This document shows positions 17,313-26,597 of a stretch of DNA of 26,597 bases, piece by piece; position 1 is the stretch's first letter; every line of letters begins with the position of its first letter. The notes below the pieces were generated by a model. The model had not been told where the DNA came from, ran no database searches, and worked only from the letters and a program-made list of their open reading frames with translations. The stretch is taken from assembly GCA_043718025.1 (NCBI GenBank), contig JAYSWN010000128.1, positions 1 to 26,597 of the forward strand, given 5' to 3'. Made by a program: the position numbers and the translations under genes. The stretch comes from Pseudomonadota bacterium (GTDB taxonomy: Bacteria > Bdellovibrionota > FAC87 > UBA2466).

Positions 17313-19799
17313 ATGAACTTGAATCAGAAAAGACATCTTGTCGCCCTGCTATTCTGCGACTTGGTTGGCTACGGCTCTGTAGTCACCAAGGATGAGCGTC
17401 TTGGGCTAGAGCTACTTGAAGAATATCGGACTATCGTTCGCCGGTTTTTACCCCAATATGGGGGGCGCGAAAACAAGACAATTGGGGACGCTTTTTTCCT
17501 CGAGTTTTCTAGCGCGATCGACGCCGTCTTTTTTTCGATTGAGCTTCAGACCTGCCTATATGAAAGAAACCTGGGCGAGCCGACGGATCGAAGGATTTTA
17601 ACCCGTGTCGGAATTCATTTGGGTGACGTGGTTTTTTCCGAAGGGGACAGCCTAGGGGATGGAGTCAATATCGCCTCCCGCATCGAGGGATTTGCCGAAC
17701 CGGGTGGAATCTGTGTCAGCCGCACTGTTGCCGATCAGGTTTTTCCCTACCAACAGATCCGCCTGAAGCGCCTTGGCAAGAAACGTTTAAAGCACGTTTC
17801 TCATCCAACCGTTCTTTATAAAATTCGATTGCCGTGGGAGCAAACTCACCGCCTAAATTGGTGGCCGTTTCGGAGGAACACCTCTCTAAAAATTCGATTT
17901 TCGAATTCTAGTCCGTCTGAACGCCTACGGCATGGCGCCACGGCCGGACTTGCCGTCTGTGTCCTGTCCCTCTTTGCCTATTTAAATTTTCATTCTCTCG
18001 ACGGCTATCAGTCGTACCAATTGGGGAAGACAACAGGAAGGACACCAGCCGTTGTCGCCGACCGCCTCTCTCTCATGGACGGCTGGGAGTACAAACATAA
18101 CGATTACGCCGCGGTGGAAGAACCGGATGGAGTTCAGATCGAACAGGATTGGCATCCCTTGGTCCGGCCATATACTAAATACACTGAAGAGCTTTCTACG
18201 CCGTACTGGATGAGGCGAAAGTTCGAAACCAGCCTAAATCTGTTACAGCCCACCATAGTCCTAGGGCCCATCTGCGGTGCTCATCGAGTTTTTCTTAACG
18301 GTCAGTTCATCGGCGGTTCTAATTTTACATTTACTCTCGCCTACTATCCGTTCGATCGCAGTCTCTTAAGGAAAAATGGTTCCAATACGATTATTGTAAA
18401 AGTAGATCCCAAGGCCAGCATTTCTCCAGCCATTGTCTCAGTGCCGCGAGTCCCTTCATTCTTGGGGGAATTTAGCGACGTCTATTCTGTGGTTGCCAAG
18501 AATGAGTTCTATTTTCACATTGCCCATAACATCTATCTGGCGCTTACGCTTATCGGATTTATTGCCTGCCTGCTGTTTTACTTTTTTAACCCTACGAATC
18601 GAAAGTACCTATATTTTGCGATTTATATGCTCCTGGGCGCAATGACACTGTTACATTCCAATGGGTTTATTTTCAGTTTTGCCGACTACCGTGTTCAAAG
18701 AGCCTTTCGCTTGTTCGGGCTGTCTCTTTCCGCTTTCACTCTCTTATCAGCCTACTTTTATATAAACCGCCGTCGAAGAGGCGAACTCCTAAACAACGGT
18801 ATCGCTATCCTTTGGACTCTAATTATGGCCCCGTTGTTGCTTTCAGGACTACTGCCGGCGCCGCGCTATCTCTCCTTATGGGACTCGGTCCTTAGCGCGA
18901 CAGCACTCTATACGGCAATCTGGGTCGTTGGAATTCTCCTTTTTCGAAGCGTTCAGGTCTTCAAGAGGAGTCATAACTGGAGGTCGCAATTGCCGACCAT
19001 TCGTTATGAAATAACAATTTTCGTTTTTGGTACCTTTACAGCAATGCTTTCTGCGAGCTCCGTGAAAGGGCCTCTATCCGAAATGTGGCCCCCAGGGGTT
19101 CGGGCCTCACTGTACACCTTGGGTACGACCTATCCGTTCTGGTTCTCCCTTTGTATTTTAGGGCTTGGGCTCATTGATTACATCTCTAAGACCCGATCCA
19201 TGCGGTATCGGCGTCAGACGGACGATATGTTATTAGGAATTTCTCGCACTGTCAGGCACTCGCTACATGGAGAACGCGTCATCTCGGACATCTTGGCTCA
19301 GGTGACGAAATCTATCCAAGCAGAACGTTCCACGATCTATCTATTGGAAGAGACTTTGGGTGAGCGGGCGCTGCGGGCTCATTCGATCATCAGCTCACAC
19401 GATGCGAAGCCATTAATAAAAAGGGTGACCGAGATAAAGCATGGAATCCTGGGTTATGTCTGTGAGCATCGAACCCCGCTCTTTATCCGGGACATCTCCT
19501 CTGACATTCGTTTTCGGAATCATATTCGCACCCGTAATCAAGACGGAAATCACAGCTACAAAACCAACTCCTGCATGTTGTTCCCCCTTGTCGTAGGGGA
19601 GCTCCTTGTGGGCATTCTCACGATTGCAGACAAGAAGGAGAGCCTTGAATTCTCCGAACGAGATTTTTCTCTGCTTCATGTCGTTGCCACCAACATTGCA
19701 GTAGTTATACAGGCCCAAAACGCCAATGGACAGTTGCCAACAGGCCCGAGCCAAACGGAGTGCCCGACCTTTCCACCGCAAAGAGCCTGGATTCCTTAA
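17313..19799 (+). CDS. Class III adenylate/guanylate cyclase fused to a periplasmic sugar-binding-like domain, 7TM-DISM-like region and C-terminal GAF
   Basis: Cyclase motifs LFCDLVGY, KTIGDAF, RVGIHLGDV, GDGVNIASRIE. One TM, then jelly-roll-like YWMRRKF..VFLNGQFIG, about 7 hydrophobic segments, and GAF motifs AERSTIYL, GILGYV, YKTNSCMLFPL, FSERD. Confidence 0.85.
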   Translation: MNLNQKRHLVALLFCDLVGYGSVVTKDERLGLELLEEYRTIVRRFLPQYGGRENKTIGDAFFLEFSSAIDAVFFSIELQTCLYERNLGEPTDRRILTRVGIHLGDVVFSEGDSLGDGVNIASRIEGFAEPGGICVSRTVADQVFPYQQIRLKRLGKKRLKHVSHPTVLYKIRLPWEQTHRLNWWPFRRNTSLKIRFSNSSPSERLRHGATAGLAVCVLSLFAYLNFHSLDGYQSYQLGKTTGRTPAVVADRLSLMDGWEYKHNDYAAVEEPDGVQIEQDWHPLVRPYTKYTEELSTPYWMRRKFETSLNLLQPTIVLGPICGAHRVFLNGQFIGGSNFTFTLAYYPFDRSLLRKNGSNTIIVKVDPKASISPAIVSVPRVPSFLGEFSDVYSVVAKNEFYFHIAHNIYLALTLIGFIACLLFYFFNPTNRKYLYFAIYMLLGAMTLLHSNGFIFSFADYRVQRAFRLFGLSLSAFTLLSAYFYINRRRRGELLNNGIAILWTLIMAPLLLSGLLPAPRYLSLWDSVLSATALYTAIWVVGILLFRSVQVFKRSHNWRSQLPTIRYEITIFVFGTFTAMLSASSVKGPLSEMWPPGVRASLYTLGTTYPFWFSLCILGLGLIDYISKTRSMRYRRQTDDMLLGISRTVRHSLHGERVISDILAQVTKSIQAERSTIYLLEETLGERALRAHSIISSHDAKPLIKRVTEIKHGILGYVCEHRTPLFIRDISSDIRFRNHIRTRNQDGNHSYKTNSCMLFPLVVGELLVGILTIADKKESLEFSERDFSLLHVVATNIAVVIQAQNANGQLPTGPSQTECPTFPPQRAWIP

Positions 19800-19869
19800 G
19801 CCACTTGGCTCACTTCGCCGGTGGACTGGATGGCACGCAAGCCCGATGGCAATCAGGAGAAAAGCCCGG

Positions 19870-19888
19870 TGTAGCACATCTGTAGCAC
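19870..19888 (+). repeat. Direct repeat TGTAGCAC x2 (possible integrase arm-type sites)
   Basis: TGTAGCAC at 19870-19877 and 19881-19888, 11-bp period, about 140 bp upstream of the tRNA fragment. Confidence 0.45.
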
Positions 19889-20025
19889 CAGGAATGGAAA
19901 CCAACCGAAATCAGTGGAAAAGATCCGAAGGAAGCTTAACTGTCTGAGGAGTCTAACCCCCGGTTTTGTTTATTAATTGAACCGTGTTTCTAGTTACTTA
20001 CGTTATGACCTTAACTCAGTGCATG

Positions 20026-20075
<50 letters not shown>

Positions 20076-20090
20076 AATTAGTTAGGATGA

Positions 20091-20134
20091 AACCGCTGAG
20101 TGAATCGAAAGGCTGATTCAGCGTTTTTCGTTTT
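20091..20134 (+). terminator. Terminator-like hairpin after tRNA fragment
   Basis: CGCTGA-G-TGAATC...GATTCAGCG followed by T-rich TTTTTCGTTTT. Confidence 0.45.
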
Positions 20135-20567
20135 ACCTCCGAAAATGCCGCACAAATGCTGTCGCTATGGCGATATCTTCCGCCCATTCTCTAAAGCTTC
20201 CCGGCGACGCCGTTGATTGTCTTACAATCGTATAAAACTACGCTCTCTAATTAATTGTGAAAAGGTAACCACTTACTTTCGGCGGTTCTTCCTCCGGACG
20301 TCCGCACCTCTCTCTCGACCGCCACTTTTCCAAAAGTAAGTGGGTACCTTTTTTGCTGACCCGCTTGGGCGAAGGTAACGCAGCAAAGGGAAACAGTGGC
20401 CCAGTTCATTTTTGAACTAAAAGTCAAGAAGTTGAGGTCTTCTTCTCTATCAGTAAAAAAAAAAGTGAAGAGCGCCACCACTTGACATGGTTAACGCTGC
20501 GCGTCTTAGACTAGCTTCTTGAAAAAAAATTTGCTGGGGAAGCCCAGCAAGCATAAGGAGCTTACGT

Positions 20568-21365
20568 ATGAAGAAAATGTTACTGAGTGCCGCCCTACTG
20601 GGAATATCAAGTTTGGCAGGCGCCGGATCTTTAAGTGTGAATGAAGTCGCGTCGGTCACAGCCGCGGCTGAGTACTACAACATCGAAGTCACCGTACAGT
20701 CCCGCTGCTATAAAACCGGTACCGAGGCTATTGGAGCCAATGCCAGTTTGGAAAAAGCGGTTGAGGCCCTACTTACTAACGCGCTAAAAACCTCTCCAGC
20801 GCCAAGAGGCGTTGAAAATCCCTTCACCGCCGTCGGTGGTGATGTGCAGCGAGGCAAAGTGATCAGCAGCGCCAGAGGAGCTGAGAAGGTACTGTGCTCG
20901 GGATGGCAAACCGCAAAAACGCTATCGGCTAAGCTTGGCAGCAAAGACTCTCTGCCGAAAGTCCAAGAAGAGATCTACGCCTTGGTCGATAAGCATGTAT
21001 TCAATGAAGAAGATAGTTCCGCTCACACCTGGCTGACCTTTGAATCACCAACTCCAGCGCTGAGCCCTGCAACGCAAGAGCGGCAAGAGGCCGAAGCAAC
21101 AAAAAAGGCGGTCGCCAAAGCGACCACCAAGGTGAAGCTTCTTGCCGAACAATGTGGGCTGCGCGGACTGAAAATCACGTCGGTGTCGTCCAACGTCCAA
21201 TCTCAGAACGGTGGCGTTCGGAAGTTCGCCGCTCGGGCCATGATGGCTGAATCTGCCGAATCGAGCCCCGAGGGTGTGTTTGAGTTTGGCAAGCTTGCCA
21301 CTACGGTAAACGTTAGCCTCACTTGTGAATTTGATGGCGGCGAAGTGACTTGCCCGGTGAAATAA
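20568..21365 (+). CDS. SIMPL (DUF541)-like exported protein
   Basis: SD AAGGAG; signal peptide; AVAKATTKVKLLAEQCGL..LKITSVS and AARAMMAES pattern typical of the SIMPL C-terminus. Confidence 0.7.
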   Translation: MKKMLLSAALLGISSLAGAGSLSVNEVASVTAAAEYYNIEVTVQSRCYKTGTEAIGANASLEKAVEALLTNALKTSPAPRGVENPFTAVGGDVQRGKVISSARGAEKVLCSGWQTAKTLSAKLGSKDSLPKVQEEIYALVDKHVFNEEDSSAHTWLTFESPTPALSPATQERQEAEATKKAVAKATTKVKLLAEQCGLRGLKITSVSSNVQSQNGGVRKFAARAMMAESAESSPEGVFEFGKLATTVNVSLTCEFDGGEVTCPVK

Positions 21366-21389
21366 ACCAGGCGAATCACCGACTATTGC

Positions 21390-21428
21390 GGGCGCAGGTC
21401 CGGTAAGGACCTGCGCCCTTTTTTTTTT
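21390..21428 (+). terminator. Rho-independent terminator
   Basis: 12-bp perfect stem GGGCGCAGGTCC/GGACCTGCGCCC, 5-nt loop, 10 T. Confidence 0.92.
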
Positions 21429-21543
21429 GGGGGGAAACGCCAGGCAGGATTCACCATCACGTCGCCGAACGGTAAGAACATGACGTTCGGTGCAGCCGTG
21501 AGTACCACAAACGCGCCATCTGGAAGGGTAATGTGTTCTTTTT

Positions 21544-21831
21544 TTAGTATCTCTTTTGGACTTCGAGTTGGGCACGCCGAGATGCCTCAGCCGGAGTCTC
21601 TCGGGTAACCTCTACCGTTCCGTCTTTTTTCATCCGGAAGACCGAGCGTCCTTCAGAGGCCGGTTTTCGATCCGCAAAACCCCGTTTTGAAGCCGAATCA
21701 TCCATTGTGACGGTGTTTCCATTGTCCTGCCCCGAAGCGCTTTGATGCTCTTTACATCCACCGCAGGCCAGTGCCTGGCTGGTTACTAAGGTTAAAAAAA
21801 GAAATGGAAATAGCGGTGTTTTGCCCGACAT
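21544..21831 (-). CDS. Small exported hypothetical protein (CGGC after signal; RKPAS motif)
   Basis: Signal peptide ...SQALA; SD-like AGGGG; sigma54-like promoter upstream. Confidence 0.65.
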   Translation of the reverse strand: MSGKTPLFPFLFLTLVTSQALACGGCKEHQSASGQDNGNTVTMDDSASKRGFADRKPASEGRSVFRMKKDGTVEVTRETPAEASRRAQLEVQKRY

Positions 21832-21858
21832 AAAGTCCCCTGTATCCTCACTTTAGAA

Positions 21859-21874
21859 TGCAACCTAAGTGCCA
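21859..21874 (-). promoter_or_regulatory. Putative sigma54 promoter
   Basis: Minus strand TGGCACTTAGGTTGCA matches the TGGCAC-N5-TTGCA consensus, 27 nt upstream of ATG 21831. Confidence 0.7.
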
Positions 21875-22015
21875 CGAATTTAAGCAGGATTTTCTTTCTT
21901 TTCCGCGCTAATTTTTAACGGCTGTATACGCTGTCGTCGTATTCTGGTGGTGCTCCGGAAAAGGCGGAAAAGGTGCCCATCCACTTTACGGCCGGAAAGG
22001 TAGCGGGTGCGTAGA

Positions 22016-22453
22016 CTATTTAGAAGGAACTAAAGTGTGCAGATATTGGGTTAGGTCTTGAATGTCACTAGCGCTAAGCGCGTCTTGCCAGGCTGGCATC
22101 TCGTTTTTTCCGCCCGAAATTTGCATGAAGAAGCTACTGCGCGGAAACATTCCAGCTAGTGATTTTAAATTGGCCGGCCTGTTTTTTAACTGAGAAGCCT
22201 GCGGGCCATCTCCTCGCCCTTGCGGCCCATGGCACTTAATACAGTTAGCGGCATAAACGCGGGCCCCACGTTCAGCCGATTTGGCGTCGGGCGTAAATTT
22301 GGCGGGCTCAACCTTAGGACTTTCGGTACCAAACCAGAAACCGTGGCGCATCGGCCTTCCCTCAGCATAGGCATTGGGATCGACAAATTCGCGTTTCGCA
22401 ACACAACCCAAAATAGAGACCACCGCAATCACCAAAACCAGGAATGCTTTCAT
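22016..22453 (-). CDS. Monoheme cytochrome c lipoprotein
   Basis: Lipobox ILG-C from ATG 22453; heme motif CIKCH; GRGDGP; axial Met in MPAW. Confidence 0.9.
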   Translation of the reverse strand: MKAFLVLVIAVVSILGCVAKREFVDPNAYAEGRPMRHGFWFGTESPKVEPAKFTPDAKSAERGARVYAANCIKCHGPQGRGDGPQASQLKNRPANLKSLAGMFPRSSFFMQISGGKNEMPAWQDALSASDIQDLTQYLHTLVPSK

Positions 22454-22551
22454 AGCCCTTGGAATTATCACGACAGATTAGGCCCGTCTAGGAATCGGGT
22501 TTCACCTTCAAGTCGGTCCAAACCAGACTTAAGGGCATTTTGCCTAGGGCA

Positions 22552-22660
22552 TTAGGGACATAAATAGGCTTCGCCATTCACGTCGGATTTCAGCCCCGCG
22601 CCTTCGGTATATACCCAGTTGCCGCCAAGTTCGGCCGCGGCGTTGCGAAGTTTTTTCTTC
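22552..22660 (-). pseudogene. DUF4156-like gene remnant (3' end)
   Basis: Encodes KKKLRNAAAELGGNWVYTEGAGLKSDVNGEAYLCP-stop; similarity to 14251..14532 stops abruptly at 22660. Confidence 0.85.
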
Positions 22661-22720
22661 AGAAAAGGCATCCGTTACAAATTAAGAAAGTTCGTGGACG
22701 AATATCGCGGCGCAATAAAA

Positions 22721-22993
22721 ATGGCCCAGAAGGGGGAGTCCTCTGTTCTTTCCCAAAACTTTGTTGCGAACGGCGAGACACTATACATTCGCGTAGACGA
22801 AACCAAGCCCGTGGAGGCGCTCGAGAAAATTACATCGGAAGTCCAAAATAATTTTCAGACGGCTAAGGTCGAACTTGACCGACCTGCATCCGATGACCAA
22901 AACCCACGATTACTTTGGGCCCCAACCCGACAACACGGGTACGACATTCTCATATTGCGAATATTATTCTTAAAATGCGAATATAGTTCGTAA
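22721..22993 (+). CDS. Hypothetical protein or gene remnant
   Basis: Protein-like composition from ATG 22721; the 5' part of the ORF-track call is antisense repeat sequence. Confidence 0.25.
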   Translation: MAQKGESSVLSQNFVANGETLYIRVDETKPVEALEKITSEVQNNFQTAKVELDRPASDDQNPRLLWAPTRQHGYDILILRILFLKCEYSS

Positions 22994-23057
22994 GGTGCAA
23001 ATTTTTGCATTCCGCTTTTAAAAAGACAAATGGGTAGTTTGATGTGACCCCGCAGAG

Positions 23058-23432
23058 TTAAGGCTTGGTCTGCACGATCTCCATTTTTTGGCGACGGGCT
23101 TGCGGGATTGGTCGAAGAAGGAGTTGAACTGGGGCAGCATGAAAAGCAACAAAAGAGAAAAGCAGTTCACCTCGAATTGGTTTATCCGAGCGGGTCAGGA
23201 GTTTTTGATAGTATTCTTCGGCACTATATTTTCTGACCTGCCCGCTGTCCGGCGCCTCTTTGGTGGGGGTATCCACTTCATAAACGGTGTCCCCCACGCG
23301 AATGAAGGTGTGAATCTTACTCAAGTGCGCTTCCGATTCAGGCCGGCCAAACACCACGCCGACCGAAATAGATCGCGGTACAACATTAGCTAGGTAACCG
23401 AGCCGAGCCGTTTCGGAACCCACCGCGCTCAC
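23058..23432 (-). CDS. Hypothetical protein or gene remnant
   Basis: 124-aa ORF with globular-looking composition (HTFIRVGDTVYEV); weak start. Confidence 0.3.
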   Translation of the reverse strand: MSAVGSETARLGYLANVVPRSISVGVVFGRPESEAHLSKIHTFIRVGDTVYEVDTPTKEAPDSGQVRKYSAEEYYQKLLTRSDKPIRGELLFSFVAFHAAPVQLLLRPIPQARRQKMEIVQTKP

Positions 23433-23622
23433 TAACTGACCAGATTTTGTACACCGGTTGTCTACGTAGACAAAAAACTCTGTTTTTCTCGGCTCGCCAT
23501 ATGTAATAACTGCATACTTTCAAGCGTTTAAAGGCAATGGCGGCTTGGGTTCTACGGCATAGAGTTTGCTCTATCACTCATTGAAACTTTTCAAAAACTC
23601 TAACGATTTTTTACGGCAGCTT

Positions 23623-26421
23623 ATGCGTTTTAGCGGCTTCTTTCGGTTCTTGTTTTTGTTTCTCTTGCTAGTAGGCGACTCTGCGTGCGCCTTCTCACTG
23701 GTTACTTGCTTGAAAGGGATGATTAGCCTATCGCGTTCCCCCACGCCCAAGCCCTCCTTAAATTTAGAAGAATATGTCGCTCCAGGGGCAGTCCGTAGCG
23801 AGCTTATGAGTCACGCTAATGTTGATGGCAAACCCAAGGAGGCTTTTACTAAAGCGGTTTTGCATTGGGTTGATAAACTTCCCTCCGATCCACAGTCACG
23901 CCGCCAGCAGGCCGAAGAACGAATAGAACTCCGCGAGCGAATTATGGCATCCCACCGGGTACGTCAGGAGGAACACTCCTTATCCGTTACCGAAGCTCAA
24001 AGATTGGCGGCGTTGGAGATTTTAACTGGCAAGCTCTCGGATAATGAGGCGGCTCGACGGAACGAGCCAAAGGATATTTTTCATGGAGTAATATTAAACC
24101 AGGGCGAACTTTTAGACAGCTACGTTACGGGGATACGCATCAATGGGGGCCAACCCAGCGAATCCGTTAAACTCAGTCTTAAAATGTTGGCTCTCATGGG
24201 AATTGAACCTTCCACTCGTGCGAGAGCCCACATGATTTTAACGGAGCTGGGTATTACCGACCACCTTCGAATCATGCTGACAAAAAGGCTAATCGACGAT
24301 TTCAAGTTATCTGGACTCGGAGAGAACCGGCTTGTCGATGAAATACAGCGGTGGAACGATGGTTTTTTTTCAAGCTGGGTTAAGACGGGTGAATATCGCC
24401 TTCTAAACAAAGAGTCGCAGGCTAGAGTCTTTAATGGAAGAGATACGCATTTGATCCACACTTTTTTAGAGCATGACGCCCCAGAGGTCCGGGCCAATGC
24501 GGCCCGGTCTTTACGTCGGAACTACAGTGTGTCGACAGTTCCGGCCCTTCGAAGATTGGTCAATCGAGAGCTGGAAGCAGATCGTTTTGACACCGACGTG
24601 CTGTTAGCCGTTGTGGATGCTCTAAGGCGGAGAAACGAAGGAGATTCCCTCCAGTTACTTCAACAGATCAACATTGAAGTTACAAGAAGACGCCATTTTG
24701 ACCACGATCCTAATGCCTGTGATCGTATCGCCGGCCGCGCCAATGAGGTGTTTCTTGAAAGTTCCAAGGCTTGGAAAATTGTGAACGGAGAGATCGGCTC
24801 GGGATACGACGTTCGGCCCATCCAAATTCAGGCCGAAGAGGTGGCGAATGCACTTAACCCGCACAGGGCATTGCAATGGGACGCCGATGAAAATCGAAGC
24901 CCGGACAAAGCAATACCACTGGCCGCATGCTCTTTATTACCCTTTCTTCCGCTAACGGTGGCCAATTCATCCGGAGGGGTGGCCCGTCCCTTTGAAAGAG
25001 CTCTTGGGTCGCCGCACGTGGAAGTTAGGGAGATGGCAATGCGTGCCCTCCAGGGGCGCACCGATCCGGAGGCACGGGCCTTTGCCATTGAAATACTTGA
25101 ACGACCGCATGAATTCACTAGCGTTAGCGTGCTGGCGCTTGAGGCGCTATCCAAAATGAATCACATTGAATCAACTGCCGCGATCGAGCGTGCCACTCGT
25201 AGCAAGAACGAAACGGTAAGACGGGCGGCGCTCGGCAGAAATCCACTGGCCCGCGAATTTAAGTTGGGCGTTGCCTCAAACGGTTACCTGAAGACGGCCC
25301 GGTACGATGCGCCAGGGCTTTCTGCAAAGCACAGAGGTCTTCTTAGCGTAGCGGACCTCGCTTATGAGTACCCTGAGGCGGATCTTTATCCCACGGGAAA
25401 GGCCTTAACCGAAGCTTTAGAACGTTTTAAACGCTTGCTCCCCCTCGGCCAAAAACTGGTCCATGGCGGGAGTGATTCCTATTCCGGATTTAAGGTATTT
25501 GTAACGGAGTCCTACAATGAATCAGGGGTGAAAGTATTGACCGTGGGAGTGGCCGGAACCCAAGGGCTTACGGACATGATCACGGATGGTCGGCATGGCG
25601 TAGATCAAATTGTCGGTGAGCTCTTCAATAAGACAAAAGCTTTTTTGGTCAACGGGATGCGTGAAGGCGCACAGATCGATATTTCGGCTCACAGCTTAGG
25701 CGGAGTGGCCGCAACGAGTCTGGCGTATAAACTAGAAGCTGCAAGAGGTACGAGCACGGAATTTGGGCCGGTTGAAGTGGTCACTTGGAATGGCCTGGGC
25801 GCGGTAGAAGCGCTAAGTCGTCAAGGTGACTACAGGCCGGCCATTGCCGCCCGCGTTGTCACTACAAACTATCGCGCCAAGGGTGATATCGTTTCTCTCG
25901 TCGGGACTCACATCGGCGGACAGACCGTTACTCTACCAGGCACAAATTTGGGTGTTTGGGGCAATATAAAAGAGGCGCTCTCCTTTCAGCCTCATCTGTT
26001 GACCAACGTCGCTCCCGAAGCCAATTTGATGCCGTCCGATGCTATTCCCGAGCCAGGCCACAAATGGGTTTGGAGGCCCCTAGGACTTCTTTCCTATACC
26101 CTTGGTTGGGGACCAAAAATCCTTCTCAATGCAAAGTATAAGTGGAGCGAAAAACGTTACTTAACGGCGTTCAGAGATGCCGCTCGCATGTGGGCGGAAA
26201 ATCACACTTCTGTAGACGGTGACAATAGCTTTCAACCTTTTTTAATCGAAGCAAGTTCGGTGGCGGCCCGCATGCGTCCTGAAGATAGCAGCGCGGCAGA
26301 GGGATGGTCAGAAAGGCTTTCGCGACAATTGCGATTGGGGGCCGCTATCGAACGTGGCCGCTACCTCATTTTAAACCCTGTCAATTTGGCGCCGCCGGCT
26401 CCTGCCGGATCGGGAATGTAG
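23623..26421 (+). CDS. Exported HEAT-repeat protein with C-terminal lipase (class 3-like alpha/beta hydrolase) domain
   Basis: Likely ATG 23623 with signal-like MRFSGFFRFLFLFLLLVGDSACA. HEAT-like LEHDAPEVRANAARSL and LGSPHVEVREMAMRAL. Lipase motifs VGVAGTQGLTDMITD, AHSLGG (25687-25704), TWNGLG, GDIVS and distal His. Confidence 0.8.
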   Translation: MRFSGFFRFLFLFLLLVGDSACAFSLVTCLKGMISLSRSPTPKPSLNLEEYVAPGAVRSELMSHANVDGKPKEAFTKAVLHWVDKLPSDPQSRRQQAEERIELRERIMASHRVRQEEHSLSVTEAQRLAALEILTGKLSDNEAARRNEPKDIFHGVILNQGELLDSYVTGIRINGGQPSESVKLSLKMLALMGIEPSTRARAHMILTELGITDHLRIMLTKRLIDDFKLSGLGENRLVDEIQRWNDGFFSSWVKTGEYRLLNKESQARVFNGRDTHLIHTFLEHDAPEVRANAARSLRRNYSVSTVPALRRLVNRELEADRFDTDVLLAVVDALRRRNEGDSLQLLQQINIEVTRRRHFDHDPNACDRIAGRANEVFLESSKAWKIVNGEIGSGYDVRPIQIQAEEVANALNPHRALQWDADENRSPDKAIPLAACSLLPFLPLTVANSSGGVARPFERALGSPHVEVREMAMRALQGRTDPEARAFAIEILERPHEFTSVSVLALEALSKMNHIESTAAIERATRSKNETVRRAALGRNPLAREFKLGVASNGYLKTARYDAPGLSAKHRGLLSVADLAYEYPEADLYPTGKALTEALERFKRLLPLGQKLVHGGSDSYSGFKVFVTESYNESGVKVLTVGVAGTQGLTDMITDGRHGVDQIVGELFNKTKAFLVNGMREGAQIDISAHSLGGVAATSLAYKLEAARGTSTEFGPVEVVTWNGLGAVEALSRQGDYRPAIAARVVTTNYRAKGDIVSLVGTHIGGQTVTLPGTNLGVWGNIKEALSFQPHLLTNVAPEANLMPSDAIPEPGHKWVWRPLGLLSYTLGWGPKILLNAKYKWSEKRYLTAFRDAARMWAENHTSVDGDNSFQPFLIEASSVAARMRPEDSSAAEGWSERLSRQLRLGAAIERGRYLILNPVNLAPPAPAGSGM

Positions 26422-26428
26422 CCATTGT

Positions 26429-26456
26429 TGGAGTCCTCCCCATTTAGACAGGACAC
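26429..26456 (+). mobile_element. Possible solitary IS3-family terminal inverted repeat
   Basis: TGGAGTCCTCCCCATTTAGACAGGACAC resembles the TG...CCC...GGACAC pattern of IS3-family ends, followed by SD AGGAG and ATG. No transposase or partner end was seen. Confidence 0.3.
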
Positions 26457-26483
26457 GTAACCTTATGATAGGAGACGTGCACA

Positions 26484-26597
26484 ATGGAGTTCGAAAAGAA
26501 ACAAAGAACTTTCATAGGATTTGTTGGTCTCCAGAATATTCCCTTTGAGGCGCATTTCACTCCGGCAATCGAAATTGGCTGGGGGATTGCCTACGAA
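26484..26597 (+). pseudogene. RimJ/RimL-type GNAT acetyltransferase fragment (N-terminally truncated; runs off window)
   Basis: Hand translation MEFEKKQRTFIGFVGLQNIPFEAHFTPAIEIGWGIAYE. FIGFVGL..FEAHFTPA.EIGW is an internal motif of this family, and there is an in-frame TAG just upstream (26469-26471). Confidence 0.65.

Larger units (their letters stand above)
21966..22660 (-). repeat. Right copy of inverted duplication (intact cytochrome c, 5'-truncated DUF4156)
   Basis: Matches the left copy in two blocks; 22110-22473 is absent from the left copy. Confidence 0.95.

Noticed and set aside
20215..20229. Palindrome GATTGT-CTT-ACAATC as an operator
   Set aside because: Single short instance with no well-spaced promoter or second copy found; cannot be supported.

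Overview
This is a bacterial accessory region. Its gene content (an Agl/Glt-like envelope cluster, many Sec-exported hypotheticals, an RxPAS motif) suggests a Bdellovibrionota/Oligoflexia-like or related predatory lineage; that assignment is inference. A palindromic pair of back-to-back sigma70-like promoters at about 4.7 kb drives two tightly coupled operons. Leftward: outer-membrane beta-barrel, exported hypothetical, TPR protein, GltF/CglF-like protein, AgmX/PglI (GltG)-like protein and a MotA/TolQ/ExbB gene cut by the window edge. Rightward: a large lipoprotein, a Gly-rich exported protein, a helical protein with a Gly-zipper hydrophobic hairpin, an exported hypothetical, a signal-peptide-bearing polymorphic toxin with a C-terminal RES domain, and a candidate immunity gene. 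Together these are the best candidate for an undescribed toxin export/delivery system. The rest is a rearranged mosaic. An inverted, reciprocally decayed duplication of a DUF4156 + cytochrome c locus (14424-14743 vs 21966-22660) brackets a truncated 2OG-Fe(II) oxygenase, a methyltransferase, a lipoprotein, a cyclase-7TM-GAF sensor, a tRNA-fMet 3' fragment (att-like) and a SIMPL gene. A HEAT-repeat/lipase fusion and a truncated GNAT follow. All family calls come from motif recognition by eye; no database searches were run.
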